In this document: one piece after another, positions 15,532-24,050 of the stretch
Numbering within the stretch: the first letter of the stretch is position 1
Layout: the number at the start of each line of letters is the position of its first letter
Assembly (NCBI RefSeq): GCF_018336915.1
Contig: NZ_CP064923.1
Span: forward strand, 360,001 to 392,000
Length of the DNA stretch: 32,000 bases
Direction: 5' to 3'
Source: Acaryochloris marina S15
Lineage (GTDB): Bacteria > Cyanobacteriota > Cyanobacteriia > Thermosynechococcales > Thermosynechococcaceae
Position numbers and translations under genes: made by a program
Notes under the pieces: model-generated
Database searches by the model: none
Told to the model about the DNA's origin: nothing
The model's input: the letters and a program-made list of their open reading frames with translations, nothing else

Positions 15532-15933
15532 CTAGTCTGCAACGACTTCTGCTTCAACAGCCACTGCTTCTTCACTAGTTTTGGATTTCTTGGCTTTTGT
15601 TTCGCCAATGGCTTTGCCATCTAGGTGAATTGCATCCACCATTAATCGGGTCAATTCTTGACGATGCCCACGCTTCTTTCGCGTTTTCTTCTTAGGCTGC
15701 ATCTTGTAAACGATAATCTTGCGATCTCGGCGATGCTGCATCACCGTCACTTCAACGGTGGCCCCTTTGACTAAGGGCTGACCAACTGTGACCTCGTTTC
15801 CATCATGGACGAGTAACACTTGGTCAAGGGATAGCTTTGTATCTGCATCGTTTGCTAGACGATCAACGTCATAAAATCGACCAGGTTCAACTTTTAACTG
15901 TTTTCCACCCGCTTCGATAATTGCAAAAGTCAT
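15532..15933 (-). CDS. rplU: 50S ribosomal protein L21 (with Lys/Ala/Glu-rich C-terminal extension)
   Basis: 133 aa. '[26 protein letters not shown]' and '[31 protein letters not shown]' are canonical L21. It lies directly upstream of rpmA, as in most bacteria. Confidence 0.97.
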   Translation of the reverse strand: MTFAIIEAGGKQLKVEPGRFYDVDRLANDADTKLSLDQVLLVHDGNEVTVGQPLVKGATVEVTVMQHRRDRKIIVYKMQPKKKTRKKRGHRQELTRLMVDAIHLDGKAIGETKAKKSKTSEEAVAVEAEVVAD

Positions 15934-16045
15934 TTGATTTGAGCCTCAATAAGCCGTACAGGTATCTGATCCTCTTTCTGTGCTTGAGCATCAGCGTTTA
16001 GGGCATGGACCTGATCCGAGCTGAACAAAAGTATGCCGAATATCT

Positions 16046-16075
16046 AGTATTCAAAATTTTAGGGTAGATTGTCAA
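16046..16075 (-). promoter_or_regulatory. candidate sigma70-type promoter for rplU-rpmA (TTGACA-N18-AATACT)
   Basis: The minus strand reads AGCAG-TTGACA-ATCTACCCTAAAATTTTG-AATACT-AGATA. The -35 is at 16075-16070 and the -10 at 16051-16046. It lies just downstream of the rsfS stop and ~105 nt upstream of the rplU ATG. This is a sequence match only. Confidence 0.3.
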
Positions 16076-16104
16076 CTGCTAATCGCAAAGACAACCTTAG
16101 TCAC

Positions 16105-16521
16105 TCAGAGGGGGGGGTGAAAGGATAAGGGCAGGCGTTCTGCATGTCCCCAAAATGCCTCTAAATCATAGTATTCCCGCTGTTCTGGCATTAGCACATG
16201 CGAAATCACGTCGCCATAGTCTAGCAAGACCCATGTACCTTCAGCTTTCCCTTCTTGACGAATGGGGAGCCTATTGCAACTGTCTTCCGCAGATTTCTCC
16301 ATGGAGTCAGTAATCGCTCTGACCTGGGTGCGAGAAAAGCCCGTGACGATCACAAAATAATCGGCAATAAAAGAGACATCCGCAACCTGCAACACCACAA
16401 TGTCGCTACCTTTGCGGTCATCAGCTGATTCAGCCAAACATAAAGCTAAGGTTTGGGCTAGGTCTTGCGAATTGGATAAGGGAGTATTCAGGGTTGGTTG
16501 TCCAGAAGAATGAGAAACCAA
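16105..16521 (-). CDS. rsfS: ribosome silencing factor RsfS (iojap family)
   Basis: 138 aa. 'DRKGSDIVVLQVADVSFIADYFVIVTGFSRTQVRAI' and 'WVLLDYGDVISHVLMPEQREYYDLEAFW' are canonical RsfS. The start is TTG at 16521 (no in-frame ATG before the conserved core), so the start is uncertain. Confidence 0.9.
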   Translation of the reverse strand: MVSHSSGQPTLNTPLSNSQDLAQTLALCLAESADDRKGSDIVVLQVADVSFIADYFVIVTGFSRTQVRAITDSMEKSAEDSCNRLPIRQEGKAEGTWVLLDYGDVISHVLMPEQREYYDLEAFWGHAERLPLSFHPPL

Positions 16522-16613
16522 AAGATTGAAAAGTTATAGAGCTATCTTCTACACCTTAACTTAGGAAATTTGAGTTGAATGTCAAGATTGCTGAACCTCA
16601 AGATGATGTGTCT

Positions 16614-17216
16614 TTATGATTGAATTTCCAGCCAAGCCCAATTTCGAGTGAGTACCATACGAGGGTGAATTAGTCGTTGGGTTTTCACTAAGTGTTTCAG
16701 AGTTAGATCACAGACTAGTGCTACGGCATGGTGAAGATTCTGGTAACTCATCTCGCGGGCGACCTGTACTTTGGGCCGATCGCCCCGTCCTGGTTCTAAA
16801 CTATCGGCGAGAAAGATCACACAGCTCAAATCGCTCATCTGGGGCTGACCCAGGGTATGGTTGCTGATGGCAGCTAGAATGTCAGAATCTTTAATACCAA
16901 AGGTTTCTTGGGCTACTACAGCACTGACTTGGGCATGTAACAAGTGAGGATTGGCTTCGTCAATAGAATCAATGGGAAGCTGGTGTTTTTGGGCAAGCTC
17001 CAAGAGTTGCTTTGGAGGGAAATACTTTGCCAAATCATGCATTAGACCTGCCCTTGCGGCTTGTTCTTGATCCAGCTGATGCCGCTGAGCCAAGTCTCGG
17101 GCCATGGTTTCGACTCTCAGAATATGTTGAATTCGGATCTCTGGGACATTCTTCCTGAGCCATTGGAGAACATTATTTCTGTCCCAAGGAGCAAGATGAG
17201 GTTTCACGGATGTCAT
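16614..17216 (-). CDS. yqeK: HD-domain bis(5'-nucleosyl)-tetraphosphatase YqeK
   Basis: 200 aa with an ATG start. It has the HD motif 'AGLMHDLAK' preceded by 'RIQHILRVETMARDLA'. The conserved yqeK-rsfS gene order supports the call. Confidence 0.82.
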   Translation of the reverse strand: MTSVKPHLAPWDRNNVLQWLRKNVPEIRIQHILRVETMARDLAQRHQLDQEQAARAGLMHDLAKYFPPKQLLELAQKHQLPIDSIDEANPHLLHAQVSAVVAQETFGIKDSDILAAISNHTLGQPQMSDLSCVIFLADSLEPGRGDRPKVQVAREMSYQNLHHAVALVCDLTLKHLVKTQRLIHPRMVLTRNWAWLEIQS

Positions 17217-17337
17217 GGTTTCAGATCAATGGCTTATATCAAACTTGATTCAGGATCATAGTCCTGGCGGACCCAATCATATTGAACCTATAGAAAATTC
17301 ACCTCATTTCAATCCTAATTGGAGAGTGGGGCTGTAG

Positions 17338-17367
17338 CGAAAAAGCCTTGGTAGTTATACCAAGGCT
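17338..17367 (-). terminator. rho-independent terminator after the COP23 gene
   Basis: On the minus strand: AGCCTTGGTA-TAAC-TACCAAGGCT (perfect 10-bp stem; arms 17358-17367 and 17344-17353) followed directly by TTTTCGC. It lies 57 nt downstream of the stop at 17425. Confidence 0.65.
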
Positions 17368-17424
17368 CGTCAAATATTTGTCTAGAGAGGTTGATGCACT
17401 CTCAAACTCAAGTCATTGTGTGGC

Positions 17425-18252
17425 TTAGCGGAATTGATCGGGCTGTAATTTCAATCCTTTGCTGTTGTTTCGGGTGCGATTCTGCTGTTTTGTGATGGGT
17501 ACTCCTTTACGGAAGGCTTTGCCGGTGCCCCCATCTGTGGGGTCAAGATGAGGTCTGAGATTCATCCCTGCCCTAAACTGTGCGCCACTTTGGGGACGAT
17601 TCCGTTTGCCAAAGAGTGAGCGACCAATATTAACAATTTGTCCTAAGGAATCATTGCCGCCATTGCCAGCGAAAGTATTGACCCCTTGAGTGGCTTCGCC
17701 ACTGTTGGCAACGGTTAGATTATCAAACACGGCATTGCGAGTTGTGGTTGCATCTTGCCCCCGAGGAACAGTGAATACGATGCGGCAGCTTTGATCTGCT
17801 TCGGATGTGGCACAAACGGTGTTATAGCCATTCTCTGTTCCCGTTTGTAGCTCCAGCAAACCGTCAGGACGATATTCTTCTAATCGTCGGGCAATTTCTT
17901 GGCAACGAAGTTCGGGGGTCCAACCTCCTCCCATTTCAGCCGGCACTGCCCAAGCAAATGCTTCATTAGGACGGCTTTTGGGGTTGTACATGACGGTATA
18001 GTCACCGCCGGTATATTGGCAGAAAAAGCGAGTGCTAGAGGTAATATCTGGAGTGTCAGTCGGGATATCTGCGTCTGAGTTGTCGGGATCGACTCGCCCG
18101 CTGGTATCGGGATCAACTTCAGGGATATCGTCGACTGAGCTGTCTTGAGCCAGACTGGGATTTAACCCGGTACTGAGGAGTGCGATCGCAATCCCCAAAC
18201 TAGAGTGGGCTGCGATGCGAATTGCGCGTTGATCAACCCTCAAAGTCGCCAT
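17425..18252 (-). CDS. COP23 (circadian oscillating protein 23) domain-containing secreted/peripheral protein
   Basis: The core 'RFFCQYTGGDYTVMYNPKSRPNEAFAWAVP..GGGWTPELRCQEIARRLEEYR..LLELQTGTENGYNTVCATSEADQSCRIVFTVP' fits the COP23 domain pattern (conserved Cys spacing, 'TPE.RC.EVS.R'). There is an N-terminal signal-like segment. The track start at 18267 is TTG, so the ATG at 18252 (MATLRV...) is preferred. Confidence 0.7.
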   Translation of the reverse strand: MATLRVDQRAIRIAAHSSLGIAIALLSTGLNPSLAQDSSVDDIPEVDPDTSGRVDPDNSDADIPTDTPDITSSTRFFCQYTGGDYTVMYNPKSRPNEAFAWAVPAEMGGGWTPELRCQEIARRLEEYRPDGLLELQTGTENGYNTVCATSEADQSCRIVFTVPRGQDATTTRNAVFDNLTVANSGEATQGVNTFAGNGGNDSLGQIVNIGRSLFGKRNRPQSGAQFRAGMNLRPHLDPTDGGTGKAFRKGVPITKQQNRTRNNSKGLKLQPDQFR

Positions 18253-18512
18253 AGGAGTGCACCTCAAAATTCCTTAAAACAAGGACATCCAGATCTTCTG
18301 GAGCCCAAAAACACGAACGTGGGTAATCTGAATCAATAGCGATGACAACATTGCTTCAGATTTTTGATGTAAAACTTGATATATCCCGTAATGACCATTG
18401 GATGGTGACAATGTTCCACCCAGCATCAGGGAATGTCACAAAACTTTATTAATTATTGTAATTGTCGTATACTTCTAACGATCGATTCCACCGGAGCAAG
18501 GATAGCCCTTAC

Positions 18513-19463
18513 ATGACAGCAAAGGTAACGCCCAAGTCGGTCCCATTCCATTTTCTTGGCCCGCCCGGATCATTCAATCCAACCCTGCTGTTGTTCTTTG
18601 GTGCATTAGCACTTTTGCTAGGGTCGACCTACGCTCACTACCAGCTGTCTTTGCCAGGTTGGTGCACTTTTGTGGCAAATACCTTAGCCCTGCATTTTGC
18701 CGGCACAGTCATTCATGATGCCTGTCATAAAGTGGCTCACCACAATCGCATTGTTAATGCTGCTTTAGGTCATGGCAGTGCATTGATCTTAGGGTTTGCG
18801 TTTCCGGTATTTACGCGAGTCCATCTTCAGCACCATGCTGCTGTCAACGATCCTGATAACGATCCCGATCACTACGTGTCAACAGGTGGCCCCCTGTGGC
18901 TGATTGCGCCCCGCTTTTTCTACCATGAGGTCTTTTTCTTTAAACGTCGCCTATGGCGTAAGTTTGAGCTTCTAGAATGGTTCTTAAGCCGCCTATATCT
19001 TGTTACCTTGATTGTCTGTGCTTGTAAATTTGGCTTTATACACTACGTGCTGAATTTCTGGTTTGTGCCAGCACTCATTGTGGGAACGACTCTAGGATTC
19101 TTTTTTGACTATTTCCCCCATCGCCCATTTCATGAACGTAATCGATGGCGCAATGCCCGAGTTTATGCCAACCCCGTCTTGAACGTGTTGATTCTGGGGC
19201 AAAACTACCATCTAATCCATCACCTATGGCCTTCTATTCCCTGGTATAAGTGTGAACCTGCTTATCATGCAGTCAGGCCCCTACTGGACGAGAAAAACTG
19301 CCATCAACGAATTGGCATTTTCCAGCGCAAAGGATTTCTAGGATTTGTTTATGACTTCTTCTTAGGGGTTCGATTTGAACATACGGTTTCGACTGAAGCA
19401 TTGGAAGGAATGGTTGACGCTACACAGACAGAATCAGAACTCCAGTTAGTGGAATCTGTATAG
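18513..19463 (+). CDS. crtR: beta-carotene hydroxylase, CrtR type (membrane di-iron fatty-acid-desaturase fold)
   Basis: Three His boxes: 'HDACHKVAHH', 'HLQHH' and 'HLIHH'. Long stretches match cyanobacterial CrtR, for example 'NAALGHGSALILGFAFPVFTRVHLQHHAAVNDPDNDPDHYVSTGGPLWLIAPRFFYHEVFFFKRRLWRKFELLEWFLSR'. The track start at 18462 is TTG, so the ATG at 18513 is preferred. Confidence 0.85.
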   Translation: MTAKVTPKSVPFHFLGPPGSFNPTLLLFFGALALLLGSTYAHYQLSLPGWCTFVANTLALHFAGTVIHDACHKVAHHNRIVNAALGHGSALILGFAFPVFTRVHLQHHAAVNDPDNDPDHYVSTGGPLWLIAPRFFYHEVFFFKRRLWRKFELLEWFLSRLYLVTLIVCACKFGFIHYVLNFWFVPALIVGTTLGFFFDYFPHRPFHERNRWRNARVYANPVLNVLILGQNYHLIHHLWPSIPWYKCEPAYHAVRPLLDEKNCHQRIGIFQRKGFLGFVYDFFLGVRFEHTVSTEALEGMVDATQTESELQLVESV

Positions 19464-19473
19464 TTCTGAGAAC

Positions 19474-20529
19474 TTAAGAAATTTCACCAAAAAAGTCTTT
19501 ATCATCATCCTCTTCACCTTCCAAGAGACTCAGTAGAACCCCAGCGATGGGGATCGACAAAAATAAACCCACTAGTCCTGCTAATCGGCTCCCGATTAAC
19601 AAAGCAAAAAATAGGACAACCGGGTTCATCTGTAGTGAGTTCTGCATGACTCGGGGCATCAAAATATTCTCTTCGATTTGTTGCAGGACAATGCAAGCGA
19701 TCAGGATCTGCATGGCCCTCCATAACCCTTGAGGTAAGAGAACTAGGGAAATTGCCCCAATCCCTATCGTTGCCCCAATGCCTGGAATCATATCAAAGAC
19801 GCCAGCAACGACCGCCAAAATTAGGGGGACTGGGACGCCCAGACTCAAAAAGACAAAAAAGCTGGATACTGCGAAAAATAACGCCAATAAAAAGCGTCCC
19901 CAGAAGAAACCTAGAAAATTGCGTTTCATGGCTAGCGTGAATCGGGCACGGGAGGCTTTTGGGAGCCCTCTGAGCAACCATTTCCAAATGCGACCGCCAT
20001 CTAGCAGCATAAAAAAGCTAACGACTGCGATCAGGATGAGGTCGATTAAGTTGTTAACGATGCCTTGAATCACCCCGACACTAGAGCCAATGCTTTCGAT
20101 GACCTGGTCTCGGAACTTAGCTTCAATCGCGCCAAAATCAATCTGGACATCGCGAGCGGCCAATATTTGTTCGGCTTCACGACTTAACTGTTCCATTGCG
20201 TTCAAGAATTCAGTGACGCTATTGACGAGCTCTTGACCCTGGGATAGAACCGCAAATAGGACAGTAATCAAGAGCCCAAACAGCAGTAGCAATCCCACCA
20301 TAAATACAACAGTGGCGGCGACTCCATGAGGTAGAAATCTTCGTAACCATTGGGTTGGATAGTTGAGCAGAAATGCCAGGATTGCGGCAAAGATAAAAAT
20401 CAGTAGAATGCCCTGAAAATAAGCAAAGACTTGCAATGTGGCCCAGCTTGCAGCAAATAAGAGCAAAAAACGAACTAGAACAGAGTTCGTTAAGCGATTC
20501 AAAAAGTATTTGCGATAGGGAGCAGGCAT
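19474..20529 (-). CDS. AI-2E family transporter (PerM/UPF0118)
   Basis: 351 aa with an ATG start and ~8 TM segments. The conserved C-terminal region 'MNPVVLFFALLIGSRLAGLVGLFLSIPIAGV' is typical of the family. Confidence 0.82.
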   Translation of the reverse strand: MPAPYRKYFLNRLTNSVLVRFLLLFAASWATLQVFAYFQGILLIFIFAAILAFLLNYPTQWLRRFLPHGVAATVVFMVGLLLLFGLLITVLFAVLSQGQELVNSVTEFLNAMEQLSREAEQILAARDVQIDFGAIEAKFRDQVIESIGSSVGVIQGIVNNLIDLILIAVVSFFMLLDGGRIWKWLLRGLPKASRARFTLAMKRNFLGFFWGRFLLALFFAVSSFFVFLSLGVPVPLILAVVAGVFDMIPGIGATIGIGAISLVLLPQGLWRAMQILIACIVLQQIEENILMPRVMQNSLQMNPVVLFFALLIGSRLAGLVGLFLSIPIAGVLLSLLEGEEDDDKDFFGEIS

Positions 20530-20613
20530 AGAGAACAGCAGGACGATCTACTCAACTATTGCACGATAGGCTGAGAAGTCGTTAAATCCTACATAAAAGA
20601 CATCGGTTGAATC

Positions 20614-21471
20614 TTAGAGCGCTTCCAGCAGTTGTATGGACTGCAATCCTTCTCGGTAGGAGGGGTGGAGTAACTGTATCCCTAAGTCTGTTTTGATTTT
20701 GGCATTGCTGACACGTCGGCATTCTTGCCAAAAAGACTGAGCCATTGGACTCATCTGGACATCGCCATAGGCTAACGCAGGTGGGGGTGTAATGCCGAGT
20801 AATCGGCTGCCCTCTTCAATTAAAGTAATGGGTTCTGAAGGGAGATCATCCGCCACGTTATAGATGGAGTCGGGTTGGGGATGCTGCATTGATTTAAAGA
20901 CGGTCTGAACGATGTCATCCACATGAATACGGCTGAAAACATGTCCGGGTTTGGAGATATTGCGAGCTGTGCCATTTCTAAGGCGATCTAGGATACTTCG
21001 ACCTGGGCCGTAAATCCCTGGTAGACGGAAAATGTGGGTGGGGAGTGAAGACTGTAAAAATTGGGTTTCGGCGTTGACACGGTTTTGCGATCGCACCGAC
21101 TTAGGATTGACAGGACTCGCTTCATCCACCCATGCGCCCTGGGAATCGCCGTAGACACCAGTGGTAGAAAGGTAACCAAACCACTGTAAGGGTAGCTTTT
21201 CTAAGGTTGAAAGCAGGTGCATCGCGACGGGATCATGGCCTTGTTTATCAGGAGGGATGCTACTTAGGACATGTGTAATGCCCTCATAGGCAGCGGCAGG
21301 GAGTAAGACAGGACCGGTATCTGGGGAATGGGCAAAAGGAAAAGCATATTGCCCGGCAAGATCACCCTTTCGATTGGTAACATGAACCCTAATGTTATCT
21401 TGGGTCAGCCGGTCTGCTAATCGCAGTCCTGTATATCCACAACCTAGAATGAGTACTTTCATATCAGTCAT
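20614..21471 (-). CDS. NAD(P)-binding Rossmann-fold protein (SDR / NAD-dependent epimerase-dehydratase family)
   Basis: 285 aa with the N-terminal 'KVLILGCGYTGLRLADRL' dinucleotide-binding motif. The start is either 21471 (MTDM) or 21462 (MKVL). The substrate is unknown. Confidence 0.7.
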   Translation of the reverse strand: MTDMKVLILGCGYTGLRLADRLTQDNIRVHVTNRKGDLAGQYAFPFAHSPDTGPVLLPAAAYEGITHVLSSIPPDKQGHDPVAMHLLSTLEKLPLQWFGYLSTTGVYGDSQGAWVDEASPVNPKSVRSQNRVNAETQFLQSSLPTHIFRLPGIYGPGRSILDRLRNGTARNISKPGHVFSRIHVDDIVQTVFKSMQHPQPDSIYNVADDLPSEPITLIEEGSRLLGITPPPALAYGDVQMSPMAQSFWQECRRVSNAKIKTDLGIQLLHPSYREGLQSIQLLEAL

Positions 21472-21680
21472 ACATGCTCTCTGATGGGGAGACGAATATC
21501 CTAAGAACGAGTGGCTTAAGAGATTAACAATTGGCCTCTTGGGAGTGGCTCGTAGTTACGTAATGTTAAACATAGACTTTTTCTCTCAAGAATCGTCTCT
21601 TAGATTTAAACATTGCTTTGTGTTTGTGTAAAAATCTGGGCAGACTAAGAGCAAGACTTCAACTAGAAATTGCACAGAAG

Positions 21681-22238
21681 ATGACTGCAACGATGACTAT
21701 TGGTGAAATTGTTGAACAGGCAATGAGAAACGGCTATCTGACTCCCACCATGGAAGCAGAAGTTGGCCGGATCTGTGATAATGCCTCCGAGCTAGCTGTT
21801 GAAGAATATCAATCCCTTGATCGCTTGATGGGGGCTCTGCTCACTGGTCAAGTGGTGGCGGTGCCTCGTAAACAGTTCATCAATGTCATGGAAGAACTGG
21901 TGCTGACTGAAGCGATAACCCGTGTATCCAAGATTGAAGCGACTAGCGATCACACCTTGGACTTGGGCGATATTGCGGCTTATGCCCTCAACCGTCTGCC
22001 ACCCCTCTATGCCACAACGGAAGAAGGGGCGAACTATCAGCGTCAACGAGCGAGACAAGAGCTTCTGGATCTGATCATTCAGCAAGTTGAAACCGCCATT
22101 TCCCGCAACCTCGATCAGCCTGACTTCTATCCTGATCGCCATGCGCTAGAGTCCGATCATCAAAAAGATTTACTGGGTCAAGTCAGCTCTTTGCTACAAG
22201 CCTATGCCCCTGATTATGAGCAGCCTGTCAAAAGCTAA
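21681..22238 (+). CDS. ComFB (late competence development protein) family protein with extra N-terminal domain
   Basis: 'FINVMEELVLTEAITRV' and 'LGDIAAYALNRLPPLYATTEEGANYQRQRA' fit the ComFB domain pattern (NvmEelV...ALNrLPP.Y). The track start at 21618 is a non-ATG codon, so the ATG at 21681 is preferred. Confidence 0.6.
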   Translation: MTATMTIGEIVEQAMRNGYLTPTMEAEVGRICDNASELAVEEYQSLDRLMGALLTGQVVAVPRKQFINVMEELVLTEAITRVSKIEATSDHTLDLGDIAAYALNRLPPLYATTEEGANYQRQRARQELLDLIIQQVETAISRNLDQPDFYPDRHALESDHQKDLLGQVSSLLQAYAPDYEQPVKS

Positions 22239-22352
22239 ATAAAGATTGCTTTCAGGATTATGCGGCCTTTCCCTGATACGCTAAGGCTCTAGAATTAATC
22301 AATCTAATTCTAGCGTGAGCTTTGAATCAGAAGTTTTGGCCTATTTCTGCCC

Positions 22353-24035
22353 ATGAATATTCAACACCGTTCTCCCCTATGGATTTACGACACAACGCTG
22401 CGGGACGGTGCTCAAAGAGAAGGTATTTCTCTATCTGTTGAAGATAAATTAACGATTGCTCAGCAGCTGGATAAGCTAGGTATCCCCTTTATTGAAGGGG
22501 GGTGGCCGGGGGCAAATCCGAAAGATGAACAGTTTTTTCAGAAATTAAAGACTTTGCCCCTTCGCCAGGCTGAGGTCGTCGCGTTTTGTTCGACCCGTCG
22601 TCCAGGGAGCCAGGCTGCAGAAGATCCAATCCTGCGACCGATTTTAGCGGCAGAAACGCGGTGGATAACCCTATTTGGCAAATCTTGGGATTTTCACGTT
22701 ACGGCTGGGCTTAAAACCACCCTGGGTGAAAACCTAGTGATGATTGCTGATTCTATTAACTATCTGTGCCAGCAGGATCGACAGGTTATTTATGATGCAG
22801 AGCATTGGTTTGATGGATATAAGCACAACCCGGAATATGCTCTAGAAACGATTCAAGCCGCTGTGCAGGCGGGGGCCAAGTGGGTTGTGTTGTGTGACAC
22901 CAATGGCGGCACACTACCCCATGAAGTTGCTGAAAGTGTCCAGGCCGTCAGGCAGGTGATTCAGGATTTGCAGGGTTCGACCCAAATTGGGATTCATACT
23001 CATAATGATTCGGGTACGGCTGTCGCGAATGCAATAGCTGCGGTTCAGCAAGGGGCTGAAATGGTCCAAGGGACAATTAATGGCTATGGAGAACGCTGTG
23101 GAAATGCCAATCTTTGTACTCTGATTCCCAATTTGCAGTTGAAGTTGGGCTATGGCTGTGTGGAACCAGAGCAGCTAGCAGAACTGACGCCGAGTAGCCG
23201 CTTAATTAGTGAGCTAGTCAACCTTGCCCCTGATGATCATGCGCCATTTGTGGGTTTGTCTGCCTTTGCTCATAAAGGGGGCATTCATGTGAGTGCAGTA
23301 CAGCGAGATCCCCAAACCTATGAACATATTGAGCCCCAGACGGTGGGGAATCAGCGACGGATTGTGATTTCTGAGCAGTCTGGCCTGAGTAATGTTCTGG
23401 AGAAGGCCAATCATTGTGGTATTGCCCTGGATAAGCAAAATCCGGTGAGTCGACAGCTCCTTCAACAGCTTAAGGAGTTGGAGCATGAAGGGTATCAATT
23501 TGAAGCGGCAGAAGCGAGTTTTGAATTGCTGCTCAGACAAGCGCTGGAACAACGACCTAGCTTGTTCGAACTCCATGGCTTTGATGTGCATTGCTACTGT
23601 GGTTCTCTCGAATCTCGTCAACAAGGCGGCTTTAGCAGCACTGCATTAGCAACGGTAAAAGTGGTAGTCGGTGTTCAAGAAATTTTAACGGCTGCAGAAG
23701 GCAATGGACCGGTATCCGCTTTAGATGCGGCCTTGAGGAAGGCCCTAGTGGATGTTTATCCCAGCATTGCTAAGTTTCAGCTCACGGACTATAAAGTCCG
23801 AATTTTGGATGGTAAACGAGGGACTTCGGCGAAGACCCGTGTACTGGTGGAATCGACTGATGGTCAGAATCGTTGGACTACGGTAGGGGTGTCCACCAAT
23901 ATTATTGGGGCTTCCTATCAAGCTGTGGCAGAAGGCATTGAATATGGACTGCTGCGCCCTTGCTTGAAGGATTCGGATGAATGTCCCATTGGCATTAGAA
24001 CTATTTTGAATGATTTAAATTCAGCTCCGGTTTAA
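22353..24035 (+). CDS. cimA: (R)-citramalate synthase (LeuA/CimA family, CimA clade)
   Basis: 560 aa with an ATG start. 'IYDTTLRDGAQREGISLSVEDKLTIAQQLDKLGIPFIEGGWPGANPKDEQFF' is the CimA-type N-terminus, as opposed to the LeuA 'DGEQSPG'. 'HTHNDSGTAVAN' is the metal-site motif. The C-terminal LeuA-dimer/regulatory domain is present. Confidence 0.85.
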   Translation: MNIQHRSPLWIYDTTLRDGAQREGISLSVEDKLTIAQQLDKLGIPFIEGGWPGANPKDEQFFQKLKTLPLRQAEVVAFCSTRRPGSQAAEDPILRPILAAETRWITLFGKSWDFHVTAGLKTTLGENLVMIADSINYLCQQDRQVIYDAEHWFDGYKHNPEYALETIQAAVQAGAKWVVLCDTNGGTLPHEVAESVQAVRQVIQDLQGSTQIGIHTHNDSGTAVANAIAAVQQGAEMVQGTINGYGERCGNANLCTLIPNLQLKLGYGCVEPEQLAELTPSSRLISELVNLAPDDHAPFVGLSAFAHKGGIHVSAVQRDPQTYEHIEPQTVGNQRRIVISEQSGLSNVLEKANHCGIALDKQNPVSRQLLQQLKELEHEGYQFEAAEASFELLLRQALEQRPSLFELHGFDVHCYCGSLESRQQGGFSSTALATVKVVVGVQEILTAAEGNGPVSALDAALRKALVDVYPSIAKFQLTDYKVRILDGKRGTSAKTRVLVESTDGQNRWTTVGVSTNIIGASYQAVAEGIEYGLLRPCLKDSDECPIGIRTILNDLNSAPV

Positions 24036-24050
24036 CGTTTGGTCTAGGGG

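Noticed and set aside
16110-16117. G8/C8 homopolymer at the 3' end of rsfS as a possible phase-variation switch
   Set aside because: It encodes the last Pro-Pro-Leu codons. A +/-1 slip only changes or extends the C-terminus by 1-3 residues before the next stop, so no on/off effect is plausible. A tract of this length is about as frequent as expected by chance.
17328-17339. GGGGCTGTAGCG, reminiscent of the 5' end of tmRNA
   Set aside because: No tag-peptide reading frame, pseudoknots or tRNA-like 3' end (GGTTCGAATCC...CCA) follow. A ~390-nt tmRNA would overlap the COP23 CDS. The adjacent hairpin is better explained as the COP23 terminator.
18458-18472. NtcA-like site GTA-N-TAC upstream of crtR
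   Set aside because: The spacing is N9 (GTAATTGTCGTATAC), not the canonical GTA-N8-TAC, and no suitably placed -10 box was evident.
13519-23624. Shadow ORFs in housekeeping genes (13519-13719+, 14707-14916+, 15074-15277-, 17061-17261+, 17880-18116-, 19514-20068 several, 20988-21179-, 21792-22142-, 23214-23624-)
   Set aside because: Each overlaps a well-supported CDS in another frame or strand and lacks motifs or RBS. 15074-15277(-) would also span the rpmA terminator-like hairpin.
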